A stretch of 64,000 nt of DNA from positions 308,586-372,585 of the forward strand of contig NW_003314320.1 in the NCBI RefSeq assembly GCF_000143415.4, read 5' to 3'. Origin of the DNA: Selaginella moellendorffii. Lineage: Eukaryota > Plantae > Lycopodiophyta. The stretch's first letter is position 1; each line of letters starts with the position of its first letter. This document shows positions 34,414 through 46,143 of the stretch, one piece after another. The notes beneath the pieces are model-generated. The model was not told where the DNA came from. It did no database searches and saw nothing but the letters and a program-made list of their open reading frames with translations. The translations under genes were made by a program, and so were the position numbers.

Positions 34414-36669
34414 ATGCGGAAATGGGCAAGTAACATCGTAAGAAAGTCACCACCATCTTCGACAGCCAGAGCTACCAGCAGCAGCAAGATGGGTTGTTTG
34501 AAGCAGCTCCAGAGTGCTCTCGATTTGCTAGACGAGCAAAGCATGGAGATCGATTCGGCTACGTACGCATCACTTCTCCGGCAAGCGGGGGATCACAAGT
34601 CTCTCGACGACGTCAGGCGCATCCACCGGCACCTTGTCGCGAACGGGCAGCTCAAGGCAGTGGACAACACGCTGGTGGAGATGTACGGCAAGTGTGGGAG
34701 TGTGGAAGAAGCCAGAGACGTCTTCAACTCGATAAAGAGAAGCAGCTGCTTTTCGTGGAACCTCATGCTGGGTGCCTACTGCAACAATGGGTTTGGAGAT
34801 CAGGCTCTGGAATTGTTCAAGCAGATGGTTGATGTTCACGGAATCCGCGCAGACAGAGTCACCTTCGTTACAGCTGCTACTGCTTGCTCCTTGGTGGGGA
34901 GTTTGGAAGAAGGTAAGCAGTTTCATTCGCGTTTTTTTGAGAGTGGGCTGGAGTCTAGCTTGATCCTTGACTCTGCGCTCATGAACATGTATGGCAGATG
35001 CGGCAGTGCTGAAGAAGCCAGGAAGATTTTCGACCGGATCCCTGTGAAGAATGTTGTCTGCTGGAACGTGATGATTGCCGCATATGCCCAGAACGGGCAC
35101 TTCTCGGAGGCGCTAGAGCTTTACTATGACATGAACTTGAAGCCGGACAGGGTAACTTTTCTCAACGTTTTACACGCTTGCACTCTTGAAAGCGGACGGC
35201 TTATTCACCAGGACGTTGTCTCTGCAGGGCTCGAGAGGGACAAATTCGTTGGAAATGCACTGGTGAACATGTTTGGGAAGTGTGGGAGCTTGAGCGATGC
35301 AAAGAGAGTGTTTGACAGGATTGCTTTCCGGGACGTGATCTCGTGGAATGCTCTCATGTCAGTTTACATTCAACAGGGACGCAGGAAAGAAGCCTTCGAG
35401 CTTTTCAAGAGAATGGGCGTAGCTCCCGACTCGGTGACATTCACAGTTATTCTGGGGGCATTCAACAGCCGGGAGTCCCTCGAAGATGGCAGACAGGTCC
35501 ACAGACAAATTGTGGACAGTAGAATCACACCTGGGGTCGTTCTCGAGACTGCGCTGCTCAACATGTACGGGAAGTGCGGCAGTGTGGAAGATGCCAGGGC
35601 TGTATTTGAGGGGATGAAACAGCGAAGTGACGTGACATGGAACGCAATGCTTACGGCTTGTTCCCAACTCGGGCATTGCAAAGAGGCCGTAGATCTGTAC
35701 AGGCGAATGAAGAAAGCGGGGCTTCAGCCAAACTCCGTCACGTACTTGAGCCTGCTTCCGGCTTGCTCCAGCATAGAACAGCTCAGGGAAATCCATCAAG
35801 AGCTTGCGGATCAGGGCCTGGAACAGGACGAACAAGTCGGCAACACTCTGATAACAGCCTACAACAAGTTTAGCCTGGAGGACTCCGTCGCGGTGTTTGA
35901 GAGAATGAAGAGGCGGAGCGTCGTCAGCTGGACTTGCATGATCATGGGGATGGTAGAACACGGCTACGGTGGCAGGGCTCTGGATCTCTACAGGGAAATG
36001 GTCGTGGAAGGCGTCAGGCCAGACGCGGTGGCTCTCGTCTGTGCTCTGGACGCGTGCACCAGCGTCGAGAACCTCGCCGAAGGCCGGAAGATTCACAGGC
36101 TTGTGGAGGGGACGACGATGGTCACGGATGTTTTTGTAGCGACGGCCGTGGTAAACATGTACGGCAAGTGTGGGAAGTTCGCAGAGGCGGAAGCGGTGTT
36201 CCAGGGGATGAAGACTACAACGGTGGCGACATGGAACTCGCTGATCGGTGCTTATGCCCAGCACGGCCATGCCACCGATGCTCTCAAGCTCTACGAGAGA
36301 ATGGAGCTGAGTGGGACGCGGCCGGACGGCGTGACGCTGCTGTGCGCGCTGTTTGCTTGCAGCCACCTCGGACTCCTGGATCGAGCGAGAGAGTTTTACT
36401 CGGGCATGGTGGAAGACTACCAGGTTGAGGCTGTCCCGGCTCACTTTGGCTGCTTGGTGGATCTCTTTTGCCGGGCTGGTTGGATCGACGAGGCCGAGGA
36501 GCTGATCGCGAGCATGCCAGTGCGGCCCCATATAAGCGCGTGGACGGCTCTGCTCAATGCGTGTAAAGCTCACAACGATATGGAGCGCGGGGCCTGGGCC
36601 GCGTGCAAAGCGCACGAGTTGGATTCCAGGAGATCTAGCCCGTTTGTGGTGCTATCCGGGTTTTGCTAG
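34414..36669 (+). CDS. PLS-class PPR protein with E domain (no DYW)
   Basis: 751-aa intronless ORF with P-L-S triplets (MYGKCGSVEEAR.., PDxVTF) and HFGCLVDLFCRAG...WTALLNAC E domain. Confidence 0.95.
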   Translation: MRKWASNIVRKSPPSSTARATSSSKMGCLKQLQSALDLLDEQSMEIDSATYASLLRQAGDHKSLDDVRRIHRHLVANGQLKAVDNTLVEMYGKCGSVEEARDVFNSIKRSSCFSWNLMLGAYCNNGFGDQALELFKQMVDVHGIRADRVTFVTAATACSLVGSLEEGKQFHSRFFESGLESSLILDSALMNMYGRCGSAEEARKIFDRIPVKNVVCWNVMIAAYAQNGHFSEALELYYDMNLKPDRVTFLNVLHACTLESGRLIHQDVVSAGLERDKFVGNALVNMFGKCGSLSDAKRVFDRIAFRDVISWNALMSVYIQQGRRKEAFELFKRMGVAPDSVTFTVILGAFNSRESLEDGRQVHRQIVDSRITPGVVLETALLNMYGKCGSVEDARAVFEGMKQRSDVTWNAMLTACSQLGHCKEAVDLYRRMKKAGLQPNSVTYLSLLPACSSIEQLREIHQELADQGLEQDEQVGNTLITAYNKFSLEDSVAVFERMKRRSVVSWTCMIMGMVEHGYGGRALDLYREMVVEGVRPDAVALVCALDACTSVENLAEGRKIHRLVEGTTMVTDVFVATAVVNMYGKCGKFAEAEAVFQGMKTTTVATWNSLIGAYAQHGHATDALKLYERMELSGTRPDGVTLLCALFACSHLGLLDRAREFYSGMVEDYQVEAVPAHFGCLVDLFCRAGWIDEAEELIASMPVRPHISAWTALLNACKAHNDMERGAWAACKAHELDSRRSSPFVVLSGFC

Positions 36670-36959
36670 CGCCGGCAGGGACAGAAACAAGAGGATCAAA
36701 GGAGACAGACAGCCGTTTGCTAGTGACGAAAAAGTTGGTCACCATCGCGACTGTGAGATTTTGCGACTGTAGGCGCTCGATGGATCACTTTGTACATGGA
36801 TTTACATGGTAACGAGCATCTCAGCAAAAAGCCGCAAGAGTTGCAGAAGAAACGGTAGGGCAGGCCCTTGGTCAGCAAAGCTTTTGTCCGAAGCATACGA
36901 CTTCCCGAAGCCCACAGCAGCATTCATTTTTAAAGAACAATCTGAAGATCAATAACTTT

Positions 36960-38020
36960 GATTGGCTTGGACCTTTGCAGTCCAGATTTTCTCTTTTTCT
37001 TGGGTTCAATTATGGTGCCACAACTTTATTCCACAAGAATTTGAAAAAAGTTATACTTTATACTGTCAATTAGCTCCGTTTAAGACAAGATGGTTAAAAA
37101 ATTTCTTGCTTCACCTCTTCATCCTGACAGTGGTTGTCCTCATGCTTAATCTTTTTCTTCTTCTGTTCTTCTTTTTTCTTCCTTATTTCCTGTTTCCTTT
37201 TTCTCTGCAGGAATAACAAAGTAAAAATACTTTAGACAACAAGAAAATTACCAGTTCCTGTTCACGTTGAGTAGCATGTAGTTGCCTATTTTGCTTCTTT
37301 TTGTCATTTTCCAGCATTAAATTGGTGTAGTGCTTTTTCCATGTTTTTAGATCTTGCAGGATTTTAATTTTCCGGGTGTCTTCATCTTTGATATGGTTAT
37401 ACTTCATGTTCAGAAGCTTCAACTTTTCGTTCTCCAGTCTACGTGGCAACACTTCATTGTGAAGCTGCACTTGGTCTTCTAAAGTCTGCATAATAAAAAT
37501 TTGCAGAAAAATTTGAATGTAAGTTTTGAAGAACAAAAATTCTTTACCTGGTATTTCTTGGAAGAGGACTCTTGCTTACTCTTCCTCCCATGTCCATTTC
37601 CAGATTTTAGCATTGTCAACTAGAAAAGAAAAGTATTGAAAAGAAAAAAAAACATACAAAAAACTTACGATTTCACGGTTATGGAATCTGATTCTATGCT
37701 GATTTAAAGATGCTTTGTCGAAAAATTGCTTGTCACAAAATCCCTTCAGGGGGTGTGTAAGGACGTTCTCGAGCTTGCACACGTATGGCTTGTCATCTCC
37801 ATCCTCAAGACACTGCCACTCATCTGCATCACTAAATGTGTCGACATCCTCCTTGGCCGAGGTGACTTTGTGCATCACTAAAAAATTGCCAAAGATGAGT
37901 AACTAAGTTTTAAACCAAAGACCAAAAACTCTTTCACTGTTGTGCATTTTTGAAAAAAAGTAGTGATGAGGGGTGTTTGAGCTTTCTATTTAGGATCTTG
38001 ATCGGTGGCTTTGTGCATCT
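36960..38020 (-). pseudogene. AT-rich C2H2 zinc-finger + coiled-coil gene or pseudogene
   Basis: KPYVCKLENVLTHPLKGFCDKQFFDKASLNQHRIRFH (C2H2 with a long C-C spacer), followed by a coiled-coil exon and a Lys/Arg-rich tail. Short introns; 5' end unclear. Confidence 0.45.
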
Positions 38021-38460
38021 TTAAGTAGATGCCACAAACAAAAGTTGAGAAAAAGACCCTTAATAAGCATCCCTTTTCACCATTGTGTCTTAAAAAAATG
38101 CAGCCTTCCTATCTATATGATTGGGGGTCTTACCCATCTAAATGCCTGAAATGTAGGTTAAATCTTGCAAGTGGCCGATCTCTAGCTCCCTTCCAACACT
38201 GTTGCCCTGGCCTTCTAACAAACTCTATGAAATACCCTTGCCCTAAACCTTATCTCTTGCAGCTAGGGAATAAGGTAATAGTAAATAGTTAATGATGCTT
38301 CAGATTCCTAACGGTTATCTTTTTATAACGGATGAGCCTTATAGATTAGTTTTTAAATATTGGCTTTAGGTATCTAAAGTAGTACATGGTCTTTAATTAC
38401 TAACAACTAAAACATCTTGCTACTTTAATAGATTTTTAAGTTTTCCAAGTTTTCCTAGTC

Positions 38461-39600
38461 TTATGAACCTCCTAGTGCTAGTAGGAAATTCGCCATCTCC
38501 TGAGTAGTTACTGACTGTTGTAAATCGTTGGGCTTGTCATAGTTAGAGGCATTTAGAATTTGTTCAAAAACTCACTTTAACTCCCACATATGCTTCTTCA
38601 TAGTTTATTTTTTGTTTTCATCCATGAAACCCATGGTGTGCAACATGTTATCTGCAGTGTCATTTATACCAACCAATGCTGGTGCTAATGAGAAGTTTTC
38701 AATAAGACTGAATGGCAAGCGATGCTTGACTACCTTAAAGTACAGGAACATTCCAAAAGCATTTGTAAAGCCAAAAGCATTAACAGATGTGAAAAAAAGC
38801 CATTTTGAAAACTTTTAAAGTCTTTGTTTACCCCTTTTTGTAGTAACAGTTTAATAATAACTTGATCACCTACTGCACAAGCCACAACCAAGGGTACTTG
38901 ACCAGTGTGATCTATGTTGTTAAGATTTAATATTTCAGAAATAAGTTTTTTGACCTTTGCTTTCTGGCACTTTGTGATTGCATTGCATAACATATCAATG
39001 ATTTGTTTTACCGTTTTTAGGCAGTGTCTTCGTCCATGCTGAAAAAAAGAATTTAAGAATAGAAGAAATAGCAAAAATAGTAATAATGAACTAAAAATCT
39101 ACTTGTAGTGAATGCCAAGGAAAACTTGTAATCTAGGATCATATAGGAAATATCCAAAAACACTTGACAATGGTTGATGTAGTGGTCAACCTTAATAGTG
39201 TGCTTGCCATCCTTGGAAGCCACTGTAAAAAAGTACTATAAAAAGTCAAATTTCTTTTGATGCTTGGTTGATTCAATGTCAACAATAAGTACAACAAGCT
39301 TAGTTGTTTCTACAAAAACATGTGAAGTAAAACAATGCAGTGAAAAAGCTTACCCTTGCAAATATAATCTCTACATTTTGTTTGAAGAATAGCTAAATCG
39401 TCTGAAGCTAAGAGCTACTCCAAAACCTCCAGCCATTTCTCCTTTTCAAAGAGATATCTATCAGGTATTTCTATTCTGTAAAAAACCAACAGCCCAAAAC
39501 AAAATTAGAGACCAAAAAACCAGAAGCAAAGACAAGAAACTTATTTGTCCAAGTTGTAAATGATGGAACCAAAGTCGGACAGACAATATGTCTTCCAAAT
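38461..39600 (-). pseudogene. Ankyrin-repeat gene remnant truncated by LTR insertion
   Basis: IDHTGQVPLVVACAVGDQVIIKLLLQKGVNKD ankyrin motif and terminal EMANFLLALGGS*. Upstream exons contain in-frame stops and end at the LTR starting 39641. Confidence 0.55.
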
Positions 39601-39640
39601 GTCAAGCTTTAGTAAGCAGAACCATTCTTGAGGAGCTTTT

Positions 39641-41273
39641 TGTGAGACACAAAATCCCTAGGCCCCAAAGTGGAGCCAAAAGGGCACCATGTGGTAGTGG
39701 CCGAAGCGAAAGCCAAACGAGCGTAACATGTTTGGACTAAAAGCTCTGACTTGAAAAGGTCGAGAGTGGGAGTGGAACTCCTAACGAAGGGCTCGAGAAA
39801 CAAGCACGAGGCGAGCCATGAGTGAGTCTCTAGAAAAGGGGACACAAGAGGACTGAAACATGACACGTGGAAGTGTTCAAGATGGAGTCTGAGGTGGAGT
39901 CCGAGATGGAGTCCAAGGTGGAGTTCGAGGTGGAGTCCGAGGTGGACCCGAGATGGACCCCAGATGGAGTCCAAGATGGACCCGAGATTGAGTCCAAGAT
40001 GGACCCGAGATGGACCCGAGATGGAGTCCAAGATGGACCCGAGATGGAGTTCGAGATGGACCCGAGATGGAGTCCAAGATGGACCGAGATGGAGTCCAAG
40101 ATAGAGTCCAAGATGGACCCGAAATGGAGTCCAATAAGGACCCGAGATGGAGTCTGAAGTCGAGACCGAGAGCAAGACCAAGACCAGGACCGAGACCGAG
40201 ACCGGGACCAAGGCCGAGACCGAGCCCAAGCCCGAGTCCGAGTCTGAGTCTGAGTCCAAGTCTGAGTTTGAGTTTGAGAGGGTGAAAGCCCAAAGCGTTC
40301 GTCTCCTAGACCTTAGGGGGTTTGGTGAGCTCCAAAAGTATAGTAGGGAGAGGACTCCAGTGGAGCCAGTTTGGCCAGGAAAGGCCAGTTTGGCCCAGGA
40401 AGGCTGTGCCCAGGTGTTGGGTGACGGGATAACCATTAGGAGATCCAAGGCTAGAGTGAATACGGACTGTCAAGTGGGGTAGCTTGGTGAAATGTTCAAG
40501 AGCCGGCTCTAGTTCCCCTGGGAGATCGAATGGCCGATGCTCCCAATCCAAGTGTGGGTGGCACTACCTACTTGGATACCTGGCGTGGCTCAATAGAACC
40601 TTGCTCTAAGCTTATGGCTAGAGCACCTAAAGGCAGAAGGCGGGGAGAGTACCCATAAGGCCCGCGTAGGGCCACGGTGTTTCGAAATGTTGTCCCAAAG
40701 TCCCAGTCTGTGGAAAGGAAGAGGAGTAGCCCTCTGGTGTGGTGACCAAGAACACAGTCACACAGTGAGGAAGTCCTAGAGGACAGTGGGATTTAGTGGT
40801 CGGGCCCATGGGCCTTGATCCAGTGGCAGTGTTGGCGAATATGGCCAAGGACAGAAAGGGACTTGGTGGAGACCGGAATGGAGATATTGGGGAAGGCTAT
40901 TCTCCATGTCTACGAGCATCCTAAGGATGCTAAGGAGTGGATTTGAGATGACCACTCATGGGCGAATGGCCCAGTCTTGGAGAGATGGGATTGCAATGCA
41001 GGTGGTGTTAGACCACTGATGTGACTAAGGTGAATGAGCGTGGCTTAGCATAACGGGCTCATATGTCGGCGGTACCCTGGGGTGTCGGTCATGGGATCAG
41101 ACATGTGGAGCACTTGGACCAAGTGCAAAGGTTGAGTGGCATGGATGCCATTCTCGGGGCTAGCAAGCCCCAAGTCCTGAATGGGACTTATGGAGGTTGT
41201 GAATGAGACTCCTCTAAGTGGTTGGAGGTGTGGTTAAGTGACTAGAATAGAATGGAAAAATTAGTCGCTTACA
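39641..41273 (+). mobile_element. 5' LTR (~1.63 kb) of an LTR retrotransposon
   Basis: TGTGAG...CTTACA termini, immediately followed by a PBS. Homologous along its length to 44602-46143. Confidence 0.92.
39880..40280 (+). repeat. Minisatellite inside the LTR (gagatggagtccaagatggaccc-type units and gagacc/gagtcc hexamers)
   Basis: Directly visible tandem degenerate units. An equivalent array lies at ~44815-45170 in the second LTR. Confidence 0.9.
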
Positions 41274-41276
41274 ACT

Positions 41277-41288
41277 TGGTATCAGAGC
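41277..41288 (+). other. Primer binding site complementary to initiator tRNA-Met
   Basis: TGGTATCAGAGC 3 nt after the LTR end. Confidence 0.92.
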
Positions 41289-42800
41289 TGTTCCTTAATC
41301 TAACTTTTATTGGTGCTCAAGTATATCACCACTGGTGTTGGCATTGGAAGGTCCTAGAAGTGGGCCTATTTGTGAGGAGTAGCAAGTCGGGAAGACATAG
41401 CTCTCCACTATAGTTTATGTGTGAATTGGTAGGTGAGGTGGTGGATAAAAAAGGGCCAATAATGGAACGACTTTGGGATCTTGGGAATAGTGTAAAGTTT
41501 TCCTCATTGAGTTAAGGATGTGATCCAGATGAGTGTTTGACTCAGCAGACTGGCTAATGTAGTTGTGGTAAACAACTATAGTTGGGATCATGGGAAAGAT
41601 GAAGACTCCAAAATAATAAAGGAGTCACAAGATTACCTTCATATAGTTGAGGCTAGTGCTCATAATTTGAGACCGGAATTGATGACCATGGGAGGTCAAA
41701 TACAGAAGAGGACACAATCCTTGAAATGGTAGCCGGGGCTACCTCTAATAAATGTTGGAACAACCCAAGGAGTTAGGGGTGTACTCAGAAGATGAGTTGG
41801 TATTCTCATCACATGGACAAGTGGTCCCAAGGGGCAAAAGGTTGCCCCAAGAGAACAAATCAAGTGTCGAAGTAACACTTGCAAAGATGGTCCTTGTGAG
41901 CAAGACCTAAATACAAGAAGTTATATTCCAGTGAGTTGGCACCTCAAAAGTAGGACCTCATGGGTCGTCGGATGATAAAGTCCAAAAAGCTGGATGACTC
42001 AAATAGAGTCAAAGAATAATCCTAAAGGATTGATGGAAACATTTGGACTGAGGTGTGTTGTACCCCATGAAAGATGGGGGGGGGGATCATAAGATCCAAG
42101 TATGAGAACAGTAGGTATCTCATGAGTGGCAAAATGTGCCATACTAAAGTCGTGGGAAAGGTGTTCCCAAAAGAAAGCAACTTTGGTGCAAAGTTGTGTG
42201 AGAACACTATGATGAAGTGCTAACGAATAGTTGGCATGAGAAATGACTGTGTTAGTCTTGGCAAAAGACTGAAACACGAGTGCAAGTGTCATAAAGGTAG
42301 GCTCGTGGAGCCGATGGTGTGGAGACACCAAATGTGCCAAGGTGTTATACTTTGAGGTTATGTTGGTGGGTTCATGAGAACCCCTTGCTAAGGGAATCCC
42401 AATGGAAATGGGAATGGCATATCCTAAGCTGGAAGGCATGCAATTGGAGTGTGGTGACCAAGATAATAATGGAGGTGTGGAAGCACAAGCAATGAGTTTT
42501 AGGACTTGACAATTGTGAGGCAACTAAGCAAAAGGTGCAAAATAATCGGTTAAACTGGTAGCACGTAACTACCCAAGACTTCTTAATGGTATAAGGAAGT
42601 TAGATATACCCTTATGGGGGGATAAATTGCTTATGTGCCGATATAGTAAGTAAATGTTGTAAAAGGGAATGCTCATTGCCAAAGAGGCTATCATTGTGAC
42701 ACCTAAACACTCTAGAACACCAGGAGGTGGTGTTTGATGTCGTGAGGGCAATAGATAAGGCCCAAGGGATTAAGTCTCTAGTGAATGATGGATAGAAGGT
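41289..42800 (+). mobile_element. Decayed, truncated internal region of the LTR element
   Basis: Purine-rich, stop-ridden sequence after the PBS. No RT/integrase motifs recognised; superfamily not assigned. Confidence 0.6.
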
Positions 42801-42829
42801 GCTATCTAAATGGATAGAAGGTGCTATTT

Positions 42830-43287
42830 GTCTTTTGTTCTTAGTGTTTTTTCTAATGAATAACTATTAACTATGTCAAGGAAATTATGTTCTTTTGATT
42901 TTTCTCCTTATTCAAAAAAATCCTTGGACATTAGCTATGTTGCAAAGGGATATTTTAACCTCAAAAGTTGCATACGAAAGAGGTTATTTTTCTTAAGCCC
43001 TTATCAATGACAGGGTCAAGAATATTAGATTTGTTTTCTAAAGGCTTTTCTAGTATGCATGAAAGTGGCTATATATCTTCTGTTCTTAGTATTTCTTTTT
43101 AACAAATAACCATTAATTGTGTTATGTTCTTTTGAACATTTTCCTTATTCGAAATAGTCCTTAGACATTATCTACACTATAGAGGGATGTTTTAACCTCA
43201 AAAGTTAGGTATGAAAGAAGTTATTTTTCTTGGGCCCTTACCAATGACTATATCAAGAAGATTATATTTGTTTTCTAAAGGCTTTTC
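42830..43287 (+). repeat. Diverged tandem duplication with ~240-bp period
   Basis: Units ~42830-43050 and ~43076-43287 share tgttcttagt, ccttattc, ttttaacctcaaaagtt and atttgttttctaaaggcttttc. Confidence 0.85.
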
Positions 43288-43964
43288 AACAGTATTATTG
43301 CATGAATTGGTGATTTTGGCCTAAATCTCATTTAGCCAAGGTACTATATGTTAAAAATTGCCAATTCACGTATTTAGGTTTAGGGTTTTTAGTCTGTTTA
43401 GGTTTGAGATTATATAAAACCACCATAAACCTTAGGGTTTAGATAAATTATTCCTTCAAGACCATTTAGCAAATGTACAAAAGATAGTGAGATAACTCCA
43501 ATAAAAAAAGAGTTTAGGATTTAGGGTTTAGAAATAGGAAACCTAAGGTAGATGTAGTAAATTGAATTTTATATTTATAAATTTTTTAATCCAAAAGATA
43601 GAGAGGGTTTTGGGTTTAGGGTCATAACCCTTAAAATTCCGTTTTGTGCTCTAGTTCATTATTTTATTTGGAATATTAAATGGATGGCATAGAGTTTTAG
43701 GGCAATAGAGTAGTTAGGTTTGTAAATCTAAATGAGAGTTATCATCTAGAATAACATATATTTTTAATTTATCTAGAGAAAAGCTTGTTTAGGTGGATGG
43801 AATCCTGACCAGATAGGGGAGTGCGCTGCCTATTAGCTGGCTTTGATCTAGGGCGTTCACAACCACAAATTTCCAGAATGTATCTTTTAAGGGAGTTTGT
43901 GGCTGCTTGGTATGGATACTTAAATTATAGATATAAACAATTGATTAAAAGGTGTGAATTTTAA

Positions 43965-44490
43965 ATTTTCTCTACATTACATCACTCCATTCACTATCAT
44001 AATCAATCGGAACAATTTAAACTAACTTTCTGCCCATGAATCCACTCACTACACTATATTTAGTACTCACTATACCTAATTCATATTTTATCAAATATAC
44101 ATTTATTTATTTAGATATATTTTGACAATATATACCTTGGGTGAATACTCTTAAACAATCTCCTTAAAATATTAGGAACTTTAGGATTTACAATTTAAAG
44201 GTTAATGTTTTTAAGGGGTAATCTTTTTTTCAAAACTATTGGAATAAATAAAAACCTAGTCTAAACCCTAAATTCTAGTTCCCAATATAAGCCCTAGGAT
44301 TTAGAGAGATTATTTAAGACCATTGACACATATAAAGATATTCCTATATAAATAAATATATAATGAGAAATATGATGAAATGTGAATTAGGTAACTATAA
44401 TGATTGCATACTGAATGATAGATGGGCAGAAAATTAATGACTCAAACTAATTATAATAATAAATGGAGTGACATGATATAAAGAAAACTT
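43965..44490. mobile_element. Degenerate inverted-repeat (MITE-like) element
   Basis: Nested complementary blocks tcactccatt/aatggagtga, tttctgcccat/atgggcagaaa and acctaattca/tgaattaggt in mirrored order. Confidence 0.6.
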
Positions 44491-44601
44491 AGAAACCATG
44501 AGATTAAAATTAGGAAATGCATGAGTTCTCAAAAGAGAAGAGTTAGCATAATCTCAAAATGAAAATTAAAGTTTACACTTGTGCTTTTCTTAGTACCATA
44601 T

Positions 44602-46143
44602 TGTGAGACACAAATCCTTAAACCCCAAAGTGGAGCGAAAAGGGTGCCACATAATAGTGGTTGAAGTGGAAATCTAACAAATATAACATGTTTGGACCAA
44701 AAGCTTCAACTTGGAAAGTCGAGAGCAAGAGTGAAACCCTGATCAAAGTGTTTGAGGAATAAGCACAAAGCAATTAATGAATGAGTTTTGCAAAAGGAAC
44801 ACGAGAAAGAGTCTAAAATGGAGTTCAAGAAAGAGTCCGAGATGGAGTCCGAAAAATAGCCCGAGAAGGAGTTCAAGATGGAGTTTGATATGGACCCGAG
44901 CTAGAGACTGAAATGGAGTCCAATATTGATCCGAGATGGACCCGAGATGGAGTCCAAAGTCAAGTCCGAGGTTAAGGCCAAAACCAAGACCGAGATCTAG
45001 ACTAAGGCCGAAGTTGAGATTGAGACTAAGATTGAGATCGAGACCGAGACTAAGGCCGAGGTTGAGATTGAGATTAAGACTGAGACCGAGACCGAGACTA
45101 CGACCAAGACCTAGACCAAGATCGAGATTAAATCCGAATCTGAGACCGAGTCCAAGTCCAAGTTCGAGGGTGGAAGCCCAAAGCGATTGTCTCCCAGATC
45201 CTAGGGGTTTGGTGAGCTCCAAAAGTATAGTAGTGAAGCCAATTTAGCTAGGAAATGTTAGTATGACCAAGGAAAGTTATATCTGAGTGATGATATAACC
45301 ATTAAAGAATCCAAAGCTAAAGTGAACAAAGACAAACAAATGGGGTAACTTGGTAAAATGTTCAAAAGGTAGCATTAACTCCCTTGGGAGATTGAATGGT
45401 TAATGCTCCCAATCCAAGTGTGGGTGGCACTACCTACTTAGAAATTTAGCATGGCTCATTGAAATCTTGCTTTAGTCACATGGCTAGGGCACCCAAAAGC
45501 AAAAAGTAAAGAGAGTACCCATAAGGCTCACATAGGGTCATAGTGTTTTAAAATGTCATCCCAAAGTCCCAGACTATAGAAAAAAAGAGGATCAATCCTC
45601 TTATGTAGTATGACTAAGAATACAGTCACATAGTGAAAAAGTTCCAAAGGTTAATGGGATGTAGTGGTTGGGCCTTTGGGCCCTAACTCAATAGCAGTGT
45701 TGACAAACACAATTGTGGATAGAAAGGAACTTAGTGGGAATTTAAGAAGGGATATTAGGGAAAAATGTTTCCTATATCTCTAGGCATTCTAAGGGTGCTA
45801 AAGTGTGGTTAAGGGATGACAACTCATGAATGGAGGCCCTAGTCTTTGAAAGATAGGACTATGATGCAAATGGTCTTTAACTACCAATGTGACAAGGGTG
45901 AATGGGTATGGGTTTAGTGTAATGGGTTGATATGTTAGTGGTACCTTTAAGTGTTAGTCATGGGATTAGACACGTTGAGCACTTGGACCAAATGCAAAGG
46001 CTGAGTGGCATAAATGCCATTCACAGAGCTATTGTGCGGCCAAATCAAGAATAGAATTTATGGAGGTTATGAGTGAGACTCCTCCAAATGGTTAACGGTG
46101 TGGTTAAATGACTAAAGTAAAATGGAAAAATTAGTCACTTACA
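44602..46143 (+). mobile_element. Solo LTR of the same family (older, AT-shifted)
   Basis: TGTGAG...CTTACA termini, flanked by catat/cacat (near-perfect 5-bp TSD). No PPT before it and no PBS after it. Confidence 0.85.

Noticed and set aside
35359-36615. 418-aa antisense ORF in the PPR gene (and similar antisense ORFs in other PPR, ABCG and HAC1 genes)
   Set aside because: Antisense shadow caused by codon bias; no independent features.
39880-40280. CRISPR-like repeat array
   Set aside because: Units are contiguous and degenerate with no unique spacers; they lie inside an LTR in eukaryotic DNA with no cas genes.
39609-40482. ORFs of 279, 138, 111, 96 aa etc. (and 44743-45247)
   Set aside because: Low-complexity translations of the LTR minisatellite, open on both strands.
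39641-46143. A single full-length LTR retrotransposon
   Set aside because: Outer flanks (ctttt / cacat) do not match, there is no PPT, LTR2 has its own near-TSD, and the LTRs are highly diverged.
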